Notes under the pieces: generated by a model
Seen by the model: only the letters and a program-made list of their open reading frames with translations
What the model was told of the DNA's origin: nothing
Databases searched by the model: none
Part shown: in pieces, positions 57,445-64,000 of the stretch
Numbering within the stretch: the stretch's first letter is position 1
How the letters are laid out: each line of letters opens with the position of its first letter
Position numbers and translations under genes: made by a program
Source: Escherichia phage JLBYU32
Reading direction: 5' to 3' (one strand)
Length of the DNA stretch: 64,000 nucleotides
Sequence record: OK272490.1

Positions 57445-57645
57445 ATGTTTAAAATATCAAAAGCGTTGATATACATTCTCCACATTCTAATCTTCTTCTT
57501 TGGGGTTAGTGTTATGGTATGGGGTTTTTCAGACCCACAATGGAGTTTCGCATATCAGGGTCAGATGGATTTATGGTCATGCTTCAAACCATTTTTAGGG
57601 TTAGTCATAGCATTCAGTGCATTGCCAACTAAGGTGAAATTATGA
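57445..57645 (+). CDS. small membrane protein
   Basis: 66 aa with hydrophobic helices. Confidence 0.35.
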   Translation: MFKISKALIYILHILIFFFGVSVMVWGFSDPQWSFAYQGQMDLWSCFKPFLGLVIAFSALPTKVKL

Positions 57646-58037
57646 TTAAGTTGAACAAAAAACAGTTAGAGTGGATTAAAGATTATGCCTCAGAGTGTGG
57701 CTCTTGCGAAAAGAATCACGTAAAATACTCAACATTCCATACGACCTTCACATTGTATATCAACGACAACGTTCTAAGCGATTCTGTAGAAGATGGTGTA
57801 GCATTGCCTAATGAATTGCTTGACAAATTAGCTGTAGTCACTGGAACTTGGTCTGAAGAAGATGGTCATGAACTATCTAATGATGTTGTCTTCTACAGTC
57901 TTGAAAACATTATGAACCCAGAGTACATTATGCTAATGACTTGTGCACAAGACTGTGTGCCATTACAAAACTTCATTAAAGAGCACTGTGAAGAGTTTAT
58001 TACTAAACAGGTTCCTTGTCAGGTGGTGTTTGAATGA
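57642..58037 (+). CDS. hypothetical protein
   Basis: 131 aa ORF. Confidence 0.35.
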   Translation: MIKLNKKQLEWIKDYASECGSCEKNHVKYSTFHTTFTLYINDNVLSDSVEDGVALPNELLDKLAVVTGTWSEEDGHELSNDVVFYSLENIMNPEYIMLMTCAQDCVPLQNFIKEHCEEFITKQVPCQVVFE

Positions 58038-58333
58038 GTAAAACAATTCGAAGAAAAGGTTTAAAGAACGTTCATGGACTTTATGAGTGGAGAAATGAGG
58101 TACGTAACAGAGAAAATGCTTCAGAGGTCTACTACCACTCTGATATGATGTCCAGAAAAGGTGGCTCTTATGACTTTACAAGTCAGCCTTGTAGAGAGAT
58201 TAAGAAGGCTACTAAACGTCTTACAAGAACACAAATCAGGCAGCTTTCTAAGACATCCTTCTTAGATGAAGACTTTGACATTGATAGCAAGTCTCCAAAG
58301 AAAGCCGCTAAGAACACTTATATGTATTGGTGA
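58034..58333 (+). CDS. hypothetical basic protein
   Basis: 99 aa ORF. Confidence 0.35.
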   Translation: MSKTIRRKGLKNVHGLYEWRNEVRNRENASEVYYHSDMMSRKGGSYDFTSQPCREIKKATKRLTRTQIRQLSKTSFLDEDFDIDSKSPKKAAKNTYMYW

Positions 58334-58342
58334 GGTAACTAG

Positions 58343-58828
58343 ATGAATTACATGGAGATTCGACCATTTGACACAGCTAATGGTGAAGGGGTTCGTGTAA
58401 GCCTCTTCGTAGCTGGTTGTAAGCATCACTGTGAAGGTTGCTTTAATAAGGAATCTTGGAAGTTTAATGCTGGTAAAGAGTTCACTTATGCAAACCTTTA
58501 TGGCATCATTAAGTTAATGGATGATAATGCCATCAGTGGGCTGTCAATACTTGGTGGAGAACCTCTGGATGATAGAAATATTCAAGAGGTTACCAACATA
58601 TGCAAACGTATTAAAACCGTTTACCCAGAAAAATCTATCTGGCTCTGGACAGGTTTTCAGTTACACGAAAAAATTCACCTAGATGTGATGAAATATGTTG
58701 ACGTGGTGATTGATGGTAAGTATGATTCATCTAAACCAACAGTTAAACCATATCGTGGTTCTGATAACCAAAACCTCTGGAGAAAAGAGTATGGGTGGCA
58801 AGGTGATTGTCAGTGGAGAGCAGAGTGA
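58343..58828 (+). CDS. nrdG: anaerobic ribonucleotide reductase activating protein (radical SAM)
   Basis: 161 aa; GCKHHCEGCFN cysteine cluster. Confidence 0.7.
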   Translation: MNYMEIRPFDTANGEGVRVSLFVAGCKHHCEGCFNKESWKFNAGKEFTYANLYGIIKLMDDNAISGLSILGGEPLDDRNIQEVTNICKRIKTVYPEKSIWLWTGFQLHEKIHLDVMKYVDVVIDGKYDSSKPTVKPYRGSDNQNLWRKEYGWQGDCQWRAE

Positions 58829-58928
58829 TTATTCTGGCAAATGGACTAAGGTATAACTCCAATTGGTATCACTGAAGAAGAACTACATAAGTTCTGTATT
58901 AAACTTTAATGAGAGAGAGAGACTAAAA

Positions 58929-59195
58929 ATGGGAATTTTAGGTAATATGAAAGCTGGATTCTTGAAGGCACTGGCAAAAGCAGCAGCAATCATTTCTATG
59001 ACTGGAAAGCAGGTTGGTGTAGATGCTTCAGCAGTTGCACAAGTTCTTACAAGCCAAATTGAACAGCAACCTTACATCTATGTAGGCCGTGGCAAAGGTG
59101 GTAAGAAACAAGCCCACCGTCCGTCTGGTGCAGCAGCTATTAAACGAGCAGCCAAGAAAGCTCGTAACCGTAAACGTAATAAGAAGGCTAAATAA
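58929..59195 (+). CDS. small highly basic protein
   Basis: Track ORF trimmed to ATG 58929 (gagagagaga SD); C-terminus KRAAKKARNRKRNKKAK. Confidence 0.35.
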   Translation: MGILGNMKAGFLKALAKAAAIISMTGKQVGVDASAVAQVLTSQIEQQPYIYVGRGKGGKKQAHRPSGAAAIKRAAKKARNRKRNKKAK

Positions 59196-59197
59196 TC

Positions 59198-59518
59198 ATG
59201 AGCAAAGTTTATAACACTCGCAAATTACAGATTTTCGTACTGTGCCAGTTTATGGCTAAAGAATACAACTTCTACTATTGCGGCACAGGTTTTATTAGTG
59301 ATGATGATGGCTCATACCTTCCATTCAAAGAAGCTGTAAAGCTCTTTAATGAAGAGAAAAACTCTAAGAAAGATATCGAAAAGGTCAAGCTAACCTATAG
59401 CAAGAAAGATAAGAAGATTATCTGCCTAGATAACTTTGTAAAAGTTACTGGAGAAGCAAAAGAGTTTATGGATGAGAGTGAGATTTCATTCACAAGCATC
59501 TTGAAAGTAGCTCAGTAA
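59198..59518 (+). CDS. hypothetical protein
   Basis: 106 aa ORF. Confidence 0.35.
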   Translation: MSKVYNTRKLQIFVLCQFMAKEYNFYYCGTGFISDDDGSYLPFKEAVKLFNEEKNSKKDIEKVKLTYSKKDKKIICLDNFVKVTGEAKEFMDESEISFTSILKVAQ

Positions 59519-59529
59519 ACAGATACTAT

Positions 59530-59560
59530 AAGGGAACTGTAAAGGTTCCCTTTTTATTTT
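59530..59560 (+). terminator. rho-independent terminator
   Basis: aagggaac-loop-gttccctt followed by TTTTATTTT. Confidence 0.5.
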
Positions 59561-59569
59561 GGAGATAAA

Positions 59570-60085
59570 ATGTATCTGTCAAACCTAAAACGTTCGGCTG
59601 CAATGTCAGTTCTAAGACTCAGCTTTGAGGAACGTCAAGAGTTCATTGACTCCCACCAATACGACCCTTCTAACTCAAATCACATGATTCTCTGGAATCG
59701 TGACAGTACTCGTGAAAGAGCACTATTCCGTTACTACCCACATTACACCATAGACAACCTGTATGAATGTTTTGTTGTGAAGAACACCATTACAGTACTC
59801 AATAAACTTTGCAGATACACAGGTAGTCAATCCTTCACATTAGGCCACCACAAACCTGTTACAAAGGGTGGTGAGCATCACTGTGCAAACTGGTTTATCC
59901 AGACTAAACTTGATAACCAGAAGCAAGGAGATAACCTTCTAAGCACACCTAAGATGACCTATGAAGAGCAAGAGAAATATATCAAAAATAATATGCCAGA
60001 TGTGCTTGACAACAACTATACAGATTTGGCAATATCTCTCCTGTTGAAGTTCGAGACAGTTTATAGGGCAACTTACAATGGCTAA
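59570..60085 (+). CDS. HNH endonuclease
   Basis: 171 aa; GHHKPVTKGGEHHCANW...N pattern. Confidence 0.45.
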   Translation: MYLSNLKRSAAMSVLRLSFEERQEFIDSHQYDPSNSNHMILWNRDSTRERALFRYYPHYTIDNLYECFVVKNTITVLNKLCRYTGSQSFTLGHHKPVTKGGEHHCANWFIQTKLDNQKQGDNLLSTPKMTYEEQEKYIKNNMPDVLDNNYTDLAISLLLKFETVYRATYNG

Positions 60086-60356
60086 AGAGAAGTGGGAGAT
60101 TTTACCATTAGTCAGTGAAGGCGGTAATGGTTGTGAAATGTACATGATACGTGGTCATATTCCAGAACCAATTGCACTTGAGATGGTAAACAACTTTACA
60201 GATGGCTCTTACAAAGACTTAGGAGAACCAACTGTCAAGCAACAATGGGTTAAACCTGTACCAGACAGCACAGGCAACTGTAGTGTACTTTACCACGTTG
60301 TAGACCCTGTAAAATGCAAATCTGCAATGGCAGTAACAAACGTAACTTTTGATTGA
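60078..60356 (+). CDS. hypothetical protein
   Basis: 92 aa ORF. Confidence 0.3.
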   Translation: MAKEKWEILPLVSEGGNGCEMYMIRGHIPEPIALEMVNNFTDGSYKDLGEPTVKQQWVKPVPDSTGNCSVLYHVVDPVKCKSAMAVTNVTFD

Positions 60357-60367
60357 GAGAGAAAACT

Positions 60368-61249
60368 ATGAAAACATCTATCCGTGTTACAATCCATTCA
60401 CCGACTAAAGGGACTCATGAAGAAGAGTTTAACATTATCCAATTTCCTTCTGGTGAGATTGGTGGACACTTTTCACAAGAGCTTGTTGATTTTACTGCTT
60501 ATGCAGCATCATCTATTAACAATGTGGTTATGATTGTAAAGGGTTATGACAAAGACACATTGTTTGCTGTGGCACTTGCTAAAGAAGCAATTGATGATTT
60601 AGTTCCTCATGATTATGCCCTGAAGACTGTCATTTTTTACTACTTACCAAATGCACGATATGACCGTCACATGTTTAAAGGTGATGCAGCAGCTTTAAAG
60701 GTTTTTGCTAAACAGGTGAATGCAATGGGATTTGGTGCAGTCTGTGCAGTTGACCCTCACAGTTACGTTCCAGATAACCTTTTCAATTGCTTCCAGAGTA
60801 TTCCTCAAAAGGAAATTGCAGTCCACTATGCAAATGACCCACTGATTGATTACTTAGTAGCCCCAGATGCAGGTGCTGCTAAGAAGATTGCAGAGACTGC
60901 TAAAGAGGTGGATAAACCATATATCACAATGTCTAAAGTACGCAACCTTAAGACTGGTGAAATTACTGGTATGCGAATCCTTGATGATGTTGATTTGACA
61001 GATAAAACCGTCATGATTCTGGATGATATCTGTGATGGTGGTCGAACCTTCATAGAAGCAGCTAAACATCTTCGTGAAGCAGGTGCAAAACGTGTGGAAC
61101 TCTATGTAACACACGGTATCTTCTCTAAAGATGTTGAAAACCTTCTTGACAATGGCATTGACCACATCTACACTACAAACTCTTTAGGGGAAGCTAAAGA
61201 CCGTGGCTTAACACATTATGGTCAAGTTACTGTAGCAAACCTTGATTGA
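60368..61249 (+). CDS. ribose-phosphate pyrophosphokinase family protein (Prs-like; PRPP synthetase or ADP-ribose pyrophosphokinase-type)
   Basis: FPSGEIGG N-terminal motif, AVDPHS and PRTase-type loop VMILDDICDGGRT; start at ATG 60368 with gagagag SD. Confidence 0.65.
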   Translation: MKTSIRVTIHSPTKGTHEEEFNIIQFPSGEIGGHFSQELVDFTAYAASSINNVVMIVKGYDKDTLFAVALAKEAIDDLVPHDYALKTVIFYYLPNARYDRHMFKGDAAALKVFAKQVNAMGFGAVCAVDPHSYVPDNLFNCFQSIPQKEIAVHYANDPLIDYLVAPDAGAAKKIAETAKEVDKPYITMSKVRNLKTGEITGMRILDDVDLTDKTVMILDDICDGGRTFIEAAKHLREAGAKRVELYVTHGIFSKDVENLLDNGIDHIYTTNSLGEAKDRGLTHYGQVTVANLD

Positions 61250-61258
61250 AACTTTATA

Positions 61259-61280
61259 GGGGCTTAAAAGCCCCATTTTG
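61259..61280 (+). terminator. short hairpin plus T-tract between Prs-like and Nampt-like genes
   Basis: ggggctt-aaa-aagcccc followed by ATTTT. Confidence 0.35.
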
Positions 61281-61294
61281 AGAGAGATTAAAAG

Positions 61295-63076
61295 ATGACT
61301 AAATCACTTTATGCAGTACCAGCAGGTTTAAACGCAGATGCTTACAAATCTGGTCATGTTTACCAGTACCCTAGTGCAACAGAGTACTTGATGTTCAACC
61401 TGACACCACGTAGTGACAAATGGTTTAACAGCCCCTTAGCAATTGATGGTGTAGTAGCTTTTGGTATTCAACGTTTCGTTAAAGATTACTTGATAGACCA
61501 CTGGAACGCCACTTTCTTTGAACGTGATAAAAAAGAAGCCATTGATGAAATCTTAGAAGTCATGAATGGTGTTCTGGGTAAAGATGCTATCGGTCGAGAG
61601 CATTGGGAAGCACTTCACGACTTAGGTTATCTACCAGTTGAAGTATACGCTGTAGAAGAAGGTACAGTTGTTCCTATGCGTGTACCAATGATTGTCTTCC
61701 AGAACACTGTTTCAGGTTTCCATTGGGTAGCGGGATATCTGGAAGATGCTTTCTCTGCTGAGATTTGGAAGGCTTGTACCATTGCAACTATTGCATTGCA
61801 TTATAAACGAATCTGTAAGAAGTGGGCTGACCTTACTTGCGACAATGACTTACATTTACCTTATCAGTGCCATGACTTTGCTATGCGTGGTATGTCCGGC
61901 TTTACTGATGACGCATTTAACGCTGTAGGCCACTTAACCAGCTTTAAAGGGACTGATAGCTTCCCTGCTGTATATACAGCTAAACGCATCTACGGACAGT
62001 CTTACCCAGTCTCTGATATTGGTGGTTCTGTACCAGCCACTGAACACTCTGTAATGTGTGCAAACATTGCTTGGGAAGGTGGTAATGAGTTGGTTGAAGA
62101 AGAAAGACGCTTTAAAGGTGAGTTGCAAACCTTCCGTCGCTTCTTAACAGAAACTTATCCAACTGGTATTGCAAGTGTTGTTTCAGACACTTATAACTTC
62201 TGGAGAACTGTGTCAGAAATCTTACCAGCACTCCGTAAAGAAATTATGGAACGTGATGGCAAACTGGTAATTCGTCCTGACTCTGGAGACCCTGTACACA
62301 TTGTCACAGGTTATAAAGCAATCCACTTAGAGTGTGCTAAAAAGGCTTATTATGAGCACCTAAGCAATCTGGAAGCCAGTGACACAATGCTGAATGCTGT
62401 TCTGAACATGAAGCTTGAAAACATCAGCTATGGTATTGCTGGATGGCTACTGTCAGAAGGCTACGAAATGGTTGTTGACAGAGAAGACTTTGAAGTTGCT
62501 GATACAGTGATGTTGAAGAACGCTTATATGGTTGGTTCTGCAAACGTTGTAACACGCCCTGTAGCAGAGATTGATGGAGCTATTAAGACCTTGTATAACA
62601 TCTTTGGAGGAACTATTAACTCTAAAGGTTTTAAGGTACTGGATGAGCACATTGGCCTTATCTATGGCGACTCTATCACGTTGGAACGTGCAAACGAAAT
62701 CCTGAAGCGTCTGTATGAAATGGGGTTTGCAAGCTCTAACGTGGTGTTTGGTGTAGGCTCTTACACTTACCAGTACATGACTCGTGACACCTTTGCATTT
62801 GCTGTCAAAGCAACTCTTGCAAGCATTGGTGGCAAAGAGATTATGCTTGCAAAAGACCCTAAAACAGATAGTGGTGTTAAGAAATCTGCCTTTGGTGGTG
62901 TAGCACCTATGTGGGATGGTGAGAATTTGAAAGCTGTAGATGGCTATGGATTCCAGAGCTTTGCAGATGCACTTGAACATCCAGCTTGTGCTTTACGTTT
63001 AGTCTTTAGCGACTCTGAGCAGTACGGTTACACAACTCTTGGTGATATTCGAAATAATATTGACAAGCAGCTTTAA
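61295..63076 (+). CDS. nicotinamide phosphoribosyltransferase family protein (Nampt/NadV-like)
   Basis: 593 aa; family call from overall similarity to NadV/Nampt-type phosphoribosyltransferases by recall, not a search; SD gagagag. Confidence 0.55.
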   Translation: MTKSLYAVPAGLNADAYKSGHVYQYPSATEYLMFNLTPRSDKWFNSPLAIDGVVAFGIQRFVKDYLIDHWNATFFERDKKEAIDEILEVMNGVLGKDAIGREHWEALHDLGYLPVEVYAVEEGTVVPMRVPMIVFQNTVSGFHWVAGYLEDAFSAEIWKACTIATIALHYKRICKKWADLTCDNDLHLPYQCHDFAMRGMSGFTDDAFNAVGHLTSFKGTDSFPAVYTAKRIYGQSYPVSDIGGSVPATEHSVMCANIAWEGGNELVEEERRFKGELQTFRRFLTETYPTGIASVVSDTYNFWRTVSEILPALRKEIMERDGKLVIRPDSGDPVHIVTGYKAIHLECAKKAYYEHLSNLEASDTMLNAVLNMKLENISYGIAGWLLSEGYEMVVDREDFEVADTVMLKNAYMVGSANVVTRPVAEIDGAIKTLYNIFGGTINSKGFKVLDEHIGLIYGDSITLERANEILKRLYEMGFASSNVVFGVGSYTYQYMTRDTFAFAVKATLASIGGKEIMLAKDPKTDSGVKKSAFGGVAPMWDGENLKAVDGYGFQSFADALEHPACALRLVFSDSEQYGYTTLGDIRNNIDKQL

Positions 63077-63089
63077 AAGTATATGATAA

Positions 63090-63113
63090 GAGGCTCCTAC
63101 GGGAGCCTTTTTA
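63090..63113 (+). terminator. rho-independent terminator
   Basis: aggctcc-tacg-ggagcct followed by TTTT. Confidence 0.55.
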
Positions 63114-63129
63114 ATTTCTGGAGAATGCT

Positions 63130-63474
63130 ATGGACAACCTTTCCATATGGTTTAACGATAAACCTGTACAACCGAAATACTTACAAGTTGCCTATACAGA
63201 CATCCTTAAAGTTCTCGGTAAAGAAAAGTTTGAAAAGTTTTGTGAAGGTATCTACAATCACCACTGCCAATTTGCTACAAAAGAAGGTATGTTTATCATA
63301 GAACAGTTCTTTGGCAGAGACCCAGATGACTACGAAGAGATTAGCTTTGTAATGAAATACATGATAGAGTATATTGAAAATCGTGGATTCGAAGTTAATC
63401 CTGAATTTTATGAACATGAGGGTGTACCTTTAGCAAAAGGTTTTGATGGCATACTCATTAACTGGACTTGGTGA
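63130..63474 (+). CDS. hypothetical protein
   Basis: 114 aa ORF. Confidence 0.4.
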   Translation: MDNLSIWFNDKPVQPKYLQVAYTDILKVLGKEKFEKFCEGIYNHHCQFATKEGMFIIEQFFGRDPDDYEEISFVMKYMIEYIENRGFEVNPEFYEHEGVPLAKGFDGILINWTW

Positions 63475-63815
63475 AAACTATGAAAATCAAAGAGATGAAC
63501 ATCAACATTATCTTAGAAGAACGTTGGGAGAACATTAAGAAACCTGAAGATGGTAAAAAGTTCCTTAACAAAATTTTAGTAGCAGCTAAAGAAGAACTGA
63601 CTGGCAAGATTGCAGCAGCAATCACAATAAAAATCTGTGTAAAAGGTCTTCCACAACATCACCAATTTGCACTTGACGAGTTTAAAGAAAGCTTCTACAA
63701 TCCAAACAAACAGATGCTTGAAAGTAACTTTGCAGTGTCTACAAGTATCGTCCATGACAGAAGTTTTATCCTTTACAAAAATATGAGAGGTGAGTCATGC
63801 AAGCATATTGGATAG
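63468..63815 (+). CDS. hypothetical protein
   Basis: 115 aa ORF. Confidence 0.4.
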   Translation: MVKTMKIKEMNINIILEERWENIKKPEDGKKFLNKILVAAKEELTGKIAAAITIKICVKGLPQHHQFALDEFKESFYNPNKQMLESNFAVSTSIVHDRSFILYKNMRGESCKHIG

Positions 63816-63973
63816 AAATTTTACTGTCACTTGGCAGTGTAGCAGTCTTTGTTTACCTTCTTTGTAAGTACTTTGCAGAGCACAAGAAGTGTGACTACTG
63901 TAACGGAGAAGGGTATACAAGAGCAGGTTGTTGCCCTATGTGTGGTGGTTCTGGTAAAATGTTTAATAAGTAA
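63797..63973 (+). CDS. small membrane protein with DnaJ-type zinc finger (CxxCxGxG x2)
   Basis: 58 aa; N-terminal hydrophobic helix then CDYCNGEGY...CPMCGGSGK; below track size cutoff. Confidence 0.4.
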   Translation: MQAYWIEILLSLGSVAVFVYLLCKYFAEHKKCDYCNGEGYTRAGCCPMCGGSGKMFNK

Positions 63974-64000
63974 TTTAACAGTAAACTAAGAGGAAAGTAT

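Overview
This window reads as part of a large, AT-rich, probably virulent myovirus-like phage genome; no host genes, integrase or CRISPR array were seen. From left to right: (1) a vWA/MIDAS-domain protein gene; (2) a dense tRNA array (about 1.57-6.5 kb, roughly 27 tRNA genes plus atypical tRNA-like elements and two small membrane-protein ORFs); (3) a plus-strand morphogenesis module (large terminase, portal, S49 prohead protease/scaffold, major capsid, contractile-tail sheath/tube, tape measure, baseplate V/W/J-like proteins, two tail fibres with His-x-His repeats, holin-like genes); (4) a minus-strand block with thymidylate-synthase-family enzyme, DHFR, small unknown proteins, ATP-dependent DNA ligase and a family A DNA polymerase interrupted by an HNH endonuclease; (5) a plus-strand replication/nucleotide block (dNMP kinase, primase-helicase, SSB-like, FEN/RNase H-like, GIY-YIG, NrdA/NrdB/NrdH, NrdD/NrdG, HNH, and an adjacent Prs-like plus Nampt-like pair). 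All calls are from reading the sequence and the ORF track by eye; no searches or folding programs were run, so tRNA boundaries and isotypes are approximate. Most interesting candidates: the Prs-like/Nampt-like pair (possible NAD+ reconstitution counter-defence), a permuted tRNA-like element near a vWA protein (possible Ro60/Y-RNA-like module), repeated GGT-rich regulatory cassettes with covarying hairpins, and the split DNA polymerase.
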